Shown here in pieces: positions 40,334-55,110 of a stretch of DNA of 64,000 nt; the first letter of the stretch is position 1; every line of letters starts with the position of its first letter. Under the pieces are notes generated by a model. That model ran no database searches. It was not told the origin of the DNA and saw nothing but the letters and a program-made list of their open reading frames with translations. A program made the translations under genes and the position numbers. The DNA comes from Octopus vulgaris (taxonomy: Eukaryota), in NCBI GenBank assembly GCA_951406725.2, contig OX597822.1, positions 36,704,001-36,768,000 of the forward strand, written 5' to 3'.

Positions 40334-40949
40334 AAATAAGCGACGAAAATTTTAATAATATATATACAAAATTGGTGTTTATTCCTCACGTCTTGCAAAC
40401 CGATAAGAAAAGACGGAAATGGATACGAGAGGAATACATATCTATTTTACACATATTTTACGACTACCCTAAAATAAATAAATAAATAAAAACAACCCAA
40501 CTTACGACTATATTTTCGCATAAAATTTACAAAGAAAATAATCTTAATTTAAACTTAATGTTGAATTAGAATAGACTTTCGAACCCAGGGCTCCGAAATG
40601 GTGCATCATGACACCCTTATTTACCGCGAGATGTCGCAACATTCACCTAAAAAATGATTAAATTATATTTCTAAAAATATTTTTAATAAGAAATTTCTAA
40701 ATATAAATTCCTGACAATTTTGTTTAATTTATTAAATAAAGAAATAATTATTATAATTTTTTTGTAATGGTAATTATTTAGCTAAGGCAAATAATTAAAA
40801 TATATAAAGTATTTCTTTTTAAATCTGCTTTTGACTTCATACGCAAAATACGCCAAACTATCTTACGTGTGCTACAAATAAGATTAATGAACTGCAAATT
40901 TTAAAAGCTACAGGCTTATAACCTGCCATCCTGCAGCTTATAAAATCTT

Positions 40950-42650
<1,701 letters not shown>

Positions 42651-42729
42651 ATAACATACTCAAGGCCAACAAACTGCACTCAGTGATGTAATAAATATAT
42701 ACAATAAAAATATGATTACGGGGGAAAAA

Positions 42730-43690
42730 AACGATTTATTTATTGGTCACAAAAGTCCTTACATACAAATAAAATAGTTGTACGAAAACGTCTAGGGATG
42801 AACAAGATAAAAGGGAAGTGTAAGAGTGTGGTATAATAAACATATCGAAATAAATAAATAAACAAACATAAGGTTATGTATAAACACAGTTAAAACAAGG
42901 TATAATAAAAATATGCAGAGTGCAGTCTGAGTAACCCACTCATACACTGGGGAGAAACCATGTCTGGATCAGTGCATCATTTTCGTCCAGGTCGTCCAAC
43001 ACATCCATCTGCAACTTGGTTATGATCTGAACACTCCTATTTTCTTTGCTGTCTGCGGGATCAATTTTCTTTTCAGTGCTCTTTTTTCTCCTTTTTGCCA
43101 TCATCCATAACTTTTCACTCATCTTTCACCTCCGTTCGCTCATCATCATTATGATCACATGTTGATAGCGAATCTTTACTTGAAGGTGTTCTTTCTGCCT
43201 CCTGGTTATCAGCTTCTTAGCCATCAGCTGGCTGGCACCAAGGTCGAGATTTTCGACTTTCCTCTGAGCTGGGACCTGTGGTCCCTACCTCCACCTCTCT
43301 CTCCCTCTCTCGATTCCTCTCACACACACACTCTCTCTTCCCCTGTCTCTCTCTCTCTCTCTATCTAGCTAGTTCCCTCTTCCCCCGCTGGCTTTCTCTC
43401 GCTCTTACTCACTCACTCACTCACTCACTCTCTCACTCACTCATTCCCTTACTCTCTTTCTCATCAGTACTTTTTCTGTACTTCTTCATGCAGCATGTTT
43501 GAAAGCAGGGCTTTCTGCCCGGCATGAAAGTCGTAACGCTTTACATTCTGCATCCAACGATACAGCTCCTGGATAGTCCTGTACTCTTCGAGGGCCATCA
43601 GAACTTCTACGTCTTTGCAAACCCCTTCACATGTTATTTTGGCCACCTTGGCACTCACTATTTATTTATGCTATACCGTAAAGATAACGA
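42730..43690 (-). mobile_element. possible internally deleted L1/Tx1-like element (ORF1-like piece plus 3' end)
   Basis: Minus-strand 3' end TAAGGACTTTTGTGACCAATAAATAAA; ORF1-like fragments at 43464-43658 and 42940-43122. Confidence 0.35.
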
Positions 43691-44163
43691 CAAGTCTAAG
43701 GACAGTAACGCTCCTTATATATCTGACTGTGACCGTTGTGTTCAGCCGCCATTTATATTATGTCTCTGTCTTATAGACAGGTGTGTGACGCACCAACTCA
43801 GCTATTCCTTCACCTCGTCCACGGCATTGAAGCTTAAACATAAATTTCCACAAACCCTTCATCGTCCCATGAAAACCGCACTATTCTGTAATATTTCAGT
43901 TAGGGCTTCTTTCAATTATTCTCTTGAGAGTGTACTGAAAACCCCTACTGCTTTTGATAAGCAGTGGTATATTGCATTTTTCTTGCATTTCTTTCTTTCT
44001 TTTTTTTTTTTTGACAAAATTGTCAAGCAAGGAGAAGAAACTTCATGACATCTGTTCCACACCCTGTTATTTACTTATTTACTTATTTATTTATTTGTTT
44101 GTTTGTTTATTTATTTATTTCGAGACCATGGCCATATTCAGAATTACATTGCATTTCATCCTT

Positions 44164-44408
44164 GCGGGGGTTCATAAAATAAGTACCAGTTGAACACTGG
44201 GGTCGATTGGAATCGACTTACCCCCACTCCCAAAATTGCTGGGCTTGTGCCAAAATTTGAAACCATTATCATTACTATTAAGACAGAGGCGGCTAACACG
44301 CCGGGCAAAATGCTTAGCGACATTTCGTCCGTCCTTACATTCTAAGTTCAAATTCCACCGAGGTCGACTTTGCCTTTCATCTTCTTGGGGTCGATATAAT
44401 AAGTACAA
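44164..44408 (+). mobile_element. two SINE family C fragments in tandem
   Basis: A 3' half at 44164-44265 followed by a 5' half at 44284-44408. Confidence 0.85.
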
Positions 44409-44419
44409 ATAATAACAAC

Positions 44420-47400
44420 AAAGAAAGCGAACCATGAAAATCCTCTCTTAGCGGTTTTGCTGACGCAACGCGGCAAATAAATGAAGTTTTTATAAATGAA
44501 AATGAAAAATGTATGTTAGAGAAATGTGGGCGAAATGTGTTACTGAATGTTCCTAGATCTGTCCAGCAAGAAACTAATTTGCGGACAGCTCTATACAAAA
44601 CAACTGGAACAAGAAGCAGAAGAATGGAGCAGGTAACACTCCAGTAGATAGAAATATGTCTGCGACCAGTTTGGAAGAGCGATACTTATATAGCCAGTGG
44701 GGAAATATGGGACTGTCGAAGTGAGGTTCACCTCAGAGCAAGTGGCCAAAAGCACTCAACCGCCACCTTAAAGGTGTGAGAATTCATCTTCATCCCCATT
44801 TAGCTTAACCAAGGGCTGTTTAAAATAAGAATAATAAATATACTACCAGAAATCAACGCCTGCTGGTTGGTGGAAGCGGTTCTCTTCGACATAGAAGGGT
44901 AAACCAGTATTCTGCAGATACAGAAGCATAACTGGTTAGGACAAGGTATGTAGTTGTTAATACAGACGGATCAACCAAGTGTCAGGCCATCCCGGACTTC
45001 ATAACCCTACCAAAATTGCACCAAGCTTCATGTGGCTGTTGTGAGCAGAAGGCCGAGGCATCACCTGGGTGGAGACACAAATCACCTCAAAACCTTTTGC
45101 CCACAGAAAAAGGAAACAAACATTACTGCAGACACCATCGCCACCAGCACCAGCATCACCACCACCACAACAACAACAGCAAAAACAGCAGCAACAACAC
45201 CAACAGAAGCAGGTGACCACAACATCACTAACAACAGGACTGAAACTGAAACTAACAGCGGCGAAAACAGCAACAACAATCCACAGCAGCAGCAGTACCA
45301 CCACCGCCATCACCAACAACAACAGCAGCATCAGAAACTCCCAAAACAACAACAGCAGCTACTACAACAAAACACCAAAAACCTCCCCTCTTTGAACCAC
45401 TCATACATGTCCTGTAATGAAGGGGATGGTGAGGAGCCTAAATAGCAAACGGTCACCAAGGCCAAGAAAAGAAAACGGAACAAAAACACACCAACACTGG
45501 CAGATACGAACACATGGGGGAGATGCCTTTGAGTAACAATATTCAAACATCCCCACCCCCAAACAAAGCTACACTAACATTGTAAACATCACTACCACAA
45601 CCACTATCCTCATCACAGACACCACCACTAGAAGCATAACCTAATTCACACACACAACAGTTTGATCATAAATCCCAACACAACAAAATAATTTAAGCAT
45701 CAACTACACTGCCGTAAACACGACCAACAAAGCACAACCACACGGGCATCACTTAGGGCAATTTTATCACATCGACAACTAACATTTACATACATAAAAA
45801 TCATACAAAAACAACAGAACACATATAACACATTAAAAAGCAAATACCTGACGGGGGTAGGAAATTTTTCCAAAACTTTAACAAAAGACTTTGCAAAGAA
45901 CTGCTTGTGGAAACACTCACACCTAACAAGAGAGACAGAACACACATAAACCACATCCCTCACAAAACCACAGTAAGTAGCTCTCTCCTATTCTCCGTCT
46001 ATTTCATCATCCAACATGGCCTTGCTGAGAATAGGCAGTATAGAAGTACATGGCCTGAGGTTATCTTAGAAATAGGGCGACCAACTAAATGAACTCAGAT
46101 CATTAAGTTTACATGTCGTGGATGTCAGTGAAACCAGACTCTCTGATCGAGGAGCCTTCATGCCCATTTTCGGTGGTTACGAGATTTACTCATCTCCCTG
46201 TCAACCAAGTATGGGGAGCGGAATGGCGGTGTTGTTCCGGAGAGGCACATAGCGCTGTTGAACGCAGATTTCAAAATTTTGGCCAAGGTGTTAGCAAAGA
46301 GGTTAGCACTTGTTGTCGAAGAACTGATTGGTGATACGCAAGCATGCGTCATCCCAAGCAAATCCATTCACGACAAACTCCACCTCATGCAATGCATCAG
46401 AGGCAGGGTGGGTAAAGAAGCTGGCATGGGCAGGGACCTGATGAAATGGATCAGTATAAAGCCTTCGACAGGATCGACTACCAATACTTGGCGGCCTTTC
46501 CCATGGCAGCCGGTTTCAGTCCCGTTTTCTCCGGTTGGATCCCCACAATGTACAGTAACATCTGCGTAATATCGGAATCATTCAGCAACATGCGCTCGGT
46601 CCATCAAGGCTGTCCACTCCCGTCTTTTCTCTATGTACTGGCTCTAGAGACACTACTGCAAAAATTGGAGGCGTTGAGAGGCATCCCGCGCGGAATAGGA
46701 GGTGGGAGAATCATGTCGACATACACGGATTGTGTAGTCCTCATAATCGAACACTAGACACATAGACCTGGTCGGCACCGCTCTAAAAGAACACGAAGAT
46801 ATGAGAAGAGCAATAATTAATCAAAAAAGGTCAGTGGGCTTGCAACTCGACATCTGGAGAGGTGGGTCCATGCCCTCCAATAATGTTATGGAATGCTGGA
46901 CGGAAGGACCGGTTAAATTGCTTGGGGTCTGGTTTGGTCCGGATCTCGAGGTGGAGAAGAACTGGGACGAGGTGACGCGCAGGTTGGCCAATATCACCTA
47001 AAAATGAGCCGAGAGAAAGCTATCTCTGAAAGGTTGGGTGGATGTTGCAAATACTTATATCACATCCGTCATATATTACCGCCTGACCGTCGAGTCCTGC
47101 CCCGGTTTACGTCTGACCAAACTGTAGTGCATATTCTTTCGCTTTCTATGGTCAGGTGCTCCACTGGTCTGGCGCTCCATTTGCAGTTAACACCCGCTGT
47201 TTGGCGGAACTGGGCATGCTGTGGCTGCTGATGCGCAGACATACGCTGAAGCTAAAACAGACTGTGAGCAAGTGTGGTCACCATTTCTCAGATTCGCTCT
47301 TCCACAACTCGTCTCTTTGACTGAGCTGCAGTCCTCCCTTAAGCGTAGACCGAGGCGTCTGGCACCTAGAGTATTATCAAGTGCTCACTATCCTCTGTCG

Positions 47401-47830
47401 GTCAGGCAATGCAGTCGATGGAAGCTTCACTTTGGCACTCCATAGAGGGTTAGTGGTGCAAAAGTGAGGGTAGAGAGGGAAGTGCTGCCTCCCAGCAACT
47501 TTGTTGAAAGGTGGGTGAATGTTGCAAAAATGGTCCGAGTGAACAGGTCTACTCTAAGCATGCGCCTATAGACGATGAAGAGAGGGCACTTGCACTAGTG
47601 ATCAGAGCCTCAGTGGTTTTGTGGGGGCTGTATGAGCAGCCCTAGGAAGTTTCCCTCTTTTTTAAAGGGAATTTATTTCGCTCTTAAAATTTATTTTGTT
47701 ATTCTTTTTCGCTGTTTACACGCTTCATTTTATGTAACTCCACGTGGTATTGTCAAGTACTGTCCCCAACGGGGTTTTTCTTGTAAACCCTTAGTGGTTG
47801 ATAAAGTAAACATTATTATTATTATTATTA
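44420..47830 (+). mobile_element. degenerate L1/Tx1-clade LINE (ORF1 remnant, low-complexity linker, ORF2 RT remnant, (ATT)n tail)
   Basis: LNADFKILAKVLAKRL..LIGDTQAC..IHDKL, DQYKAFDRID, SVHQGCPL..LYVLALETLL, VKLLGVWFG; ends GATAAAGTAAAC(ATT)n. Confidence 0.88.
46255..47570 (+). pseudogene. L1/Tx1 ORF2 reverse-transcriptase remnant
   Basis: ORF pieces 46258-46569, 46446-46757, 46801-47001 and 47221-47445; YxDD decayed to YTDC. Confidence 0.88.
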
Positions 47831-47831
47831 G

Positions 47832-48570
47832 AATGTAAAGAAAACAGAAACTGAAGAAGTACTGATAAACAACGATTGACTTACATCTATTGTTATAATT
47901 AATCCGTGGAGGCGCAATGGTCCAGTGGTTAGGGCAGCGGACTCGCTGTCATAGGATCGCGGTTTCGATTCCCAGACCGAGCGTTGTGAGTGTTTATTGA
48001 GCGAAAACACCTAAAGCTCCACGAGGCTCCGGCAGGGATGGTGGGGACCCCTGCTGTGCTCTTTCACCACAACTTTCTCTCACTCTTACTTCCTGTTTCT
48101 GTTGTACCTGTATTTCAAAGGGCCGGCCTTGTCACTCTCTGTGTCACGCTGAATATCCCCGAGAACTACGTTAAGGGTACACGTGTCTGTGGAGTGCTCA
48201 GCCACTTACACGTTAATTTCACGAGCAGGCTGTTCCGTTGATTCGGATCAACCGGAATCCTCGTCGTCGTAACCGACGGAGTGCTTCCATAATTAATCCA
48301 ATTTAAATAGTGAAGAATAAATAAAGAAGAAAAGCATAGGCTCTTTGCTCTTCTTTATTTATTCTTCTGATGAAGCTCCTTGTTTCAGATAAGTTTTATT
48401 ACCAAATACGATTAATATTTTTGCATATCAATGGCAATACCATACAACGTTGGTAAAAGAAACAGCTGTTAGATGAGATGCAGTCTATTTGCATTGAATT
48501 AATAAATAACAATTGATGTAAGTCAGTTGTTGTTTATCAGTACTTCTCCATTTTCTGTTTTCTTTAAATT
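47832..48570. repeat. fold-back element: ~85-bp inverted arms, inner 19-bp hairpin and hammerhead-like core
   Basis: Left arm 47832-47905 plus 48300-48310 is near reverse complement of 48485-48570. Perfect stem 48312-48330/48349-48367; CTGATGA at 48367-48373; GAAACAGCTGTT at 48459-48470. Confidence 0.85.
47906..48288 (+). mobile_element. full-length tRNA-derived SINE (A2 head) with 11-bp TSD
   Basis: TSD ATAATTAATCC at 47895-47905 and 48289-48299; A box TGGTCCAGTGG and B box GGTTTCGATTCCC. Confidence 0.93.
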
Positions 48571-48722
48571 TTGAATCTTGATAAACCCATGTTTATCCTT
48601 GTCTTTACCTATAACTTATGAACATAATATGTATGCATATGCATGTCTATGGTTAAATATAGGTAGTATAATGGATACTTCTATCCCTTAGACGGTTATT
48701 TTAACCTCTAACTCAACTCACC

Positions 48723-48811
<89 letters not shown>

Positions 48812-48979
48812 CGGTGAGCTGAGTGAATCGTTAGTACGTCAGAAAAAAAAGCTTAGCGACATTTCGTTCGTCTTTAAATTCTGAATTCTAATTCTTCGAA
48901 GGTCGATTTCGCCTTTCATCCTTTCAGGGCTGTTAAAATATGTACCAGTCTTGCTGGCCCTGAGGCAAAATTTGAAATC
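48723..48979 (+). mobile_element. (ATT)n followed by a degenerate SINE family C copy
   Basis: (ATT)n at 48723-48808, then GCGGTGAGCTG..GAGGCAAAATTTGAAATC. Confidence 0.8.
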
Positions 48980-49319
48980 ATTATTGTTATTATTTCAAAT
49001 CCAACCGGGATCAACATAGTTTTTCATCCTTTCGGAAGAACTGCAATCGATGTTGTCGACAAACCCACTTCCAGCAAATTATCGGAAGATGGATTAAGAA
49101 TAATAACAGGTTTCTGAAGAAACTCAATTGCGTCTCATATAGACTGAGAAAATAAATTATCTGAACATTATTTGTTTCATAGTTGAACAATTCACTTTCT
49201 AATCGCTTCAGCTCACTTTGGTTTATAGATTATTTTGCATAATATTTAATGATCTCAGACATGTCGGTATAACAGTTTAACGAGTTTTATTTCTCCAATT
49301 CAATTTTGTTCTGATGCTA

Positions 49320-49880
49320 GAATTGCAAACGTTCGATCAGAAATGCGTCCCAGCTCCAGCATTGGTTCCTTTGAAGAGGAAAGGTTGGCAAAAAAAGCCT
49401 AAATCGCTGTCTTCGATTCGGCTTTCTGGCCTATCCTCACCTATGGTCATGAATGTTGGATAATGACCGAAAGAGTTTGATTACGAACACAAGTGGCCGA
49501 AATGGGATTCCATCAAAGGATGTCCGGAGTAACGTCACTTGACAAAGTGTGTGACTCGAAGATCAAAGAGTCTCTCCAGATCAAGCCCCTACTTCGCCGC
49601 ATTGAGAGGTCACGGTTCCGGTACTACGGACATGTGATTAGAATGTCGCAAGAAAGAATCGCAAGACGGATTCTTCAAGCAGAACCATCTGGCAAGAAAT
49701 CTAGGAACAGACCAAAAACGAGATGGTTGGGTGGTATCCATAGTCGCAGTTGGTCCTGCTTGGGAATCCATCCGGAAAATTTAATGACGACTCCTTCTGA
49801 TAGAACTCTTATTGAGGAGGTATCTGAGGACTTACCCCCACGAGCCTCCCATGAATAGTGGGCGGGGAAGATGGATGAGC
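49320..49880 (+). pseudogene. 5'-truncated RTE (Expander-like) LINE 3' end
   Basis: PILTYGHECW, AEMGF.QRMSG, IERSRFRYYGHVIRM..RI.RRIL...P.GK..R.RP.TRW; ends GATGGATGA. Confidence 0.88.
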
Positions 49881-50229
49881 AAGTGTACAGAAATATATAA
49901 CTTATCATTTTACTTTGTAGACAATAAAATGTGACTGCATTCATGTGTATATTTGCTAATTTAGTGACACTAAGCGATGATATACCACATACCACAGCTG
50001 CGATAAATTGCAACAGCAACAGACATTCCTCGTGTCAATTCAGAAATGTCATCAAATGGTACGATTCCGTTCTTTTCGAGTTAGTATTGAACACTTCAGG
50101 TCTAAAACAAGTTTTTTCATTAATTTTCGGGGTTGTCTATTATTTAACCAAAATTAATAATCAAAGTTAATTATTTTTTATCTTCGCTACGGACGTAATT
50201 TTAATTAATGAAACATTTTTGGCTCCACG

Positions 50230-50470
50230 CTGAGTGAATGCCTCAAGGGTTAGGATATTGCTCGCAAGGTCGTGGTTTCGATTCCTGGACCGGGCGGTTT
50301 ACTGTGTTCTTATGCAAAAAATACTTCATTTTACGTCGATTCAGTTCACTCACCTATAAATGAGTAACTCTGCGGCGGACTGGGTGGGTGGGGGGCGTTA
50401 CGATGATCTCGGCCAATTCATACGCTGTGCAAACTGGGTAACCGGCTCAATGAATGCCAGGACTCGAAAC
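50230..50470 (+). mobile_element. tRNA-derived SINE, A-type, degenerate
   Basis: GGTCGTGGTTTCGATTCCTGGACCGGGCG..ACTTCATTTTACG..CACTCACC. Confidence 0.7.
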
Positions 50471-50653
50471 ACTTATATCTGATTACAAGTGCAACACACT
50501 ACAGTTGAGTGCGTTCGTTTTCTGGATCATTTAAGGAAAAATTTTAAACTGTAACTATGCCTCCCCAAACCAAATGAAACATTCAGTAGTAAAAGCGTTG
50601 CCTGTTGAATTCGAATGCGATTTTAACTGCGATGGAATGGTAGAGTAGATAAG

Positions 50654-51050
50654 ACGGCGAGATGGCAGAAACGTTAGCAGGCCGGGTGAAATACTTAGCA
50701 GTATTTCGTCTGCTTTTACGTTCCAAGTTCAAATTCCGCCGAGGTCGACTTTGCCTTTCATCCTTTCGGGGTCGATTAAATAAGTACCAGTTACGCACTG
50801 GGGTCGATATAATCGACTTAATCCGTTCGTCTGTCCTTGTTTATCCCCTCTGTGTTTAGCCCCTTATGAGTAGTAAAGAAATAAGTATTTCGTCTGTCTT
50901 TACGTTCCGAGTTCAAATTCCGTCGATGTCGATTTTTGCTTTTCATCCTTTCAGGGTCGATAAATAAAATAGCAGTTGCGTACTGGAGTCGATCTAATCG
51001 ACTGGACCTCTCCCCCAAAATTTCTGGCCTTGTGCCTAGAGTAGAAAAGG
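50654..51050 (+). mobile_element. tandem SINE family C copies with two different 3' tails
   Basis: The first copy ends ..GTGTTTAGCCCCTTATGAGTAGTAAAGAAATAAG (~50885); the second ends GCCTAGAGTAGAAAAG. Confidence 0.9.
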
Positions 51051-52262
51051 AATTTCAGATCAGATAAAAGTAGTACAGTAAGAGTTTCAAACATGACACG
51101 GTCTCGAATTTTGGGGTTAAATATACACAAAGGAAGAGTCTATGTGGTAAACGGAACACGATCTGCTGTAGTACTATTTCAGGGGCCTGGGTTACTTAGC
51201 TCGACACAAATATTAATGCAGAAATATTACAAAAAATAATACCGTATAGGGTTTTTTTACACTTTTTCTTTTTCCCCTTTAAATCAAAATGAATTTTGCT
51301 TCAAACAATGATCTCTTATATTATACAAACTGTAAATTATGCGTGTAGTACAGGCGGACATGATAGTAGTTTTAAAATGTTTTCAGCTTTTGTATAATAA
51401 TAATATCCCGTTGTTTAGCATATATTACCGTGAACAACAGAATGGGCGTGTATGATTTGAACTTTGCGGCTTTAGCCACAACAAAATGTCGATCAAAGCA
51501 TTACAACTATGAGAATTAACGGATTGCCATTAAAAGTGTTATCCAGAATTATTTAATTTTGTTTTTATTTTATTTTAACAATTCTGCCTAGCAAATCAGG
51601 GTGGATATTAAACGAAACATAATTGGTCGGGTTTCAGCCTGCTAAATAACCTATATAGGAAAACAAGTGTTAGAACCTACTGCATACTCACAAACCGAGG
51701 AATAATATTAAATACTGGCACCATAGTCAAATAGAGTTCTGGTTTCTGAATTTATGGAAACAATTTCGCGTGTGTGCGCGCGCGCAGGAGTATGTATGTT
51801 AAAAGGGAGAGAGGAAAATATCCAGAATTATACTCTGTATGAAAAGCAAATAAGTTTTAATTAATGAAAGCAAGAAGTTTTAATTTATGAAAATTAATTA
51901 AAATCAATTAAAAGTAGGATGTAAGCATTACATTGGAGAGAGGACCTAAGTTTGACGTATGCTGACAATACCAAACATGCTTTGTTATTATTTTAGAATT
52001 CCCCAGCTAAACATAAGTCTTACCACTACTGCCAGATAAAGATGCTTATATTTACAGAAATGTTAAATTAAAGTTATTTTAAAACTAGTTTAAGAATAAC
52101 AACGGCATTTTATGTTCTTGAGTTCAAATTGTCCTGTGGTCAACTTTGCTTTACTGATGCAGTAACACAATATAGAAAGTATCGCCTGATAGCTTATTGA
52201 ACAAACTGTTTAGGCAAAACTTGATGTCCCCATCAACACGAATTTAACAATAAGTTTCACTA

Positions 52263-52319
<57 letters not shown>

Positions 52320-52320
<1 letters not shown>

Positions 52321-52481
52321 GACGCGCTTCCACACATTTTACATCTACCAAATTTATTCACAAGGCATTGGCCGACTCGGAGTAGTAGAAGACATTTGGC
52401 CAATGTGCCGGGTAGTGGGACTGAACCTGAAACAACGTGGTTGTAAAGCGAGCTACTTAACCACACATCCATGTCTGTGTC

Positions 52482-52482
<1 letters not shown>
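52320..52482 (-). mobile_element. SINE family B 5' half, between (TA)n and (TATG)n
   Basis: CTACCAAATTTATTCACAAGGCATTGG..GGGACTGAACC..CTACTTAACCACAC. Confidence 0.8.
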
Positions 52483-52513
<31 letters not shown>

Positions 52514-52861
52514 TGTATGTATGTATCAGTTGGATAAAGTTAAAACATGGTCTGGTTTTCACGTTTATATCGGTCGCCTGGCAAACCGTGCTGTTTATGG
52601 TGCATGCGGATTGGGTTAAAACTTCAGCTTGTTGGAGCGTTCTAAGCGGTACTGTAGTTGTCAAGAACTCAACTGTCAGTTAACGGTATTTGAAACTTGA
52701 TGATTACACTATGCATGAAAACGCTAATTTAACTATATGAGCATTACAAAATATTTTTTTAATGTTGAACTACTATAACAAAAAAACATTAAAACCAGAC
52801 TATGTTTTAACTTTATTCAACTGATTTATTATTCTATACACATTCACACAAATTCGAGACA

Positions 52862-52925
<64 letters not shown>

Positions 52926-52974
52926 ATACACAGGTGAACACATATGTGCAAAACAAGGTGAAAAAAATAGTACT

Positions 52975-54600
52975 CGAATCTTTATAACCGTATTTGTCTT
53001 TTCTTTTCTGTCCCAGCTATAACAGGCCTCATATACCATATACTTGTATTTGCTAGAATATTAAGTATGTATTCTATAGCAGAGGTGATATTTGTATTTA
53101 TTTCGGGGGAGCCTTTTCTGCAGATGGCATTGTATATTGCTTAAGCAACAATATCATATCGCAGTATGAGGTGGTACATCAATGACATTTTGGGGCAGCT
53201 GCTGATTACATCTATTATGTCCTCCACAAATCCACAGAAGAGTAGCGTAATCGACATTTGCCGTTGCATCTTGGGAGTGTAAAGTCTTTACTGATCGGCT
53301 CATTGGATATTTCGCAGCTGTCTCCTGCTCTTAGATTGCAAAAGCGTAGCTTCAAGATATTGCGTGATGTAACAGTCACATAAGTTTATGAGAAACAGAT
53401 GCATCGCCTTTTTCTAATATATAGATTATTGTTCTTCTTGGTCTTTGCTGAGATGTGCAAACCCTGCACTACTTGGTTCGTATAGGAGGTCATCAAGAAG
53501 CGCGTGTTTCTTGATGCAGAATGTAATTCACTTAATTTTTTAGCACCTGCTTCATTTTTGCTGCTATTCTTTAGCGGGTGCTGTCTTGAATCACTTCGTA
53601 CAGCACTCAAAGACTGTCTACATCGACCTTAGGCTTTTCACTGCCTCTTTTCTTCTGAGACTATCAATACTGCTGTCTCTGTGTAAATCTGCTGTTGATG
53701 TCAGGATCCTGTAGGTTTTAAAATTTGTGGAGTGGATATCTCCTATAAATCAGTCGAGTATCCACTGTTGGGTAACAGTATGGGTATTTCAAATGCATTG
53801 TAGGATATTGTCTTGTTTTAAGACTAAATCTGTGAGTGTTATATCTATTATATCATTATATTGTATTTTTTTGTTTACTCTAGCTTTATTCGCAGTACTT
53901 TTGAGCGCTATATTTACATCAATACCTAGGCATTAGTAGCGCTCGTTTTGTGGAACATGGTAGATAGATTATGGATGCAAAGATTTTTGGTTTGGGGAAC
54001 AGTTTTTCTATGCTCAGTTGTTAAATATGAGCATTTCTTTCAGCCAAATTCCATTCTAATATCAGAGGAAAAGGTGAATAAATCCAGCTGTTTGCCAGCA
54101 TAGTAAATATTTGGGGCATATTTTTTGAGATTGTTTACAAAGAAATTATGGGTAATATTAGCATCTCTCTTGTTACTCTTGTCGATAAAATAAGTACCAG
54201 TTGAACATTGAGGTCAATGCAATCGACTTATCCCTCCCCCAAAATTAGTGGCGTTGTGCCAAAATTTGAAACTAATATTAGTGTTTCTTGCTGCTGTAAA
54301 CATTTGGACATAGCCAGTAGATTTTCGTACAAGACATGACAATGAATTTAGAGTCAAAAATAAATAGAAGCAGAGACTATTGCCTTGGAATGTTCCTGTG
54401 AAATATTTATAACATCAGAGACAATCAATTCACTTTCAGTTATGTAATAAGTGTGAAGAGTGTTGACCATGCCTTCGATGAACCGTTCGATGGCAGCAAC
54501 TAAGACAGCAGCAGATACTTTTGTCAGTTAACTTCAGTAGCCATGAGTGGAGAATGGAGTCAAACGCTTTTCTGAAATGAAGCTTTAATGTAACAAGGTT
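52975..54600 (-). pseudogene. decayed RLE-type LINE remnant, with a SINE C insertion at 54181-54275
   Basis: Minus strand: FRKAFDSILHSWL, FTFSSDIRMEFG.KKC, EATL.A..EQ, DVISSCPKMS..Y..LRYDIVA, WDRKEK..TVI. Confidence 0.75.
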
Positions 54601-54673
54601 TCCGTTGCATGGTTTCAGCATTATTTACCAAACGTTGCTCGACGCACCCTCACACTCCTTTCCGTCTAATACC

Positions 54674-54787
<114 letters not shown>

Positions 54788-54936
54788 AAGAAGGAAGTGA
54801 GGAAGAAAGTAGGATTATACATAAAGGTTCTCAGTCGTTTTGTTCCCGGATGCAGTTAATAGTCCAAAAATTAAAACCGTATTATAGTTTAGATTTTAAT
54901 TTTTTTAAGTTATTCAGAGGAAGAGGTGCAGGGCCA

Positions 54937-55110
54937 TTGACCTTTGTCGGTCACAGTCCCACTTTAGAGAGAGACAAAGGCCGATCCCTTGACCTTTGTA
55001 GATCATAGTCCTAGGTTTGTGAATTTGATAGCAGTTCTTTGACTTTTTTAAGTCATAGTGTCAGGTTGGTTAGGATGACATTTATAACTTGATCTTTGCT
55101 GGTCACAAAT
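54937..55110. repeat. four-copy ~51-bp-period array of TTGACCTTTGnnGGTCAYAGT with variable spacers
   Basis: The motif starts at 54937, 54989, 55039 and 55089. Confidence 0.75.

Noticed and set aside
45032-45445. Poly-Q/T ORFs as a host protein
   Set aside because: Low-complexity (CAA/CAG/CAC) linker inside the L1/Tx1 element, open in several frames.
54937-55110. CRISPR array
   Set aside because: Only four degenerate repeats, no cas genes or leader, and a eukaryotic context; kept as a repeat finding instead.
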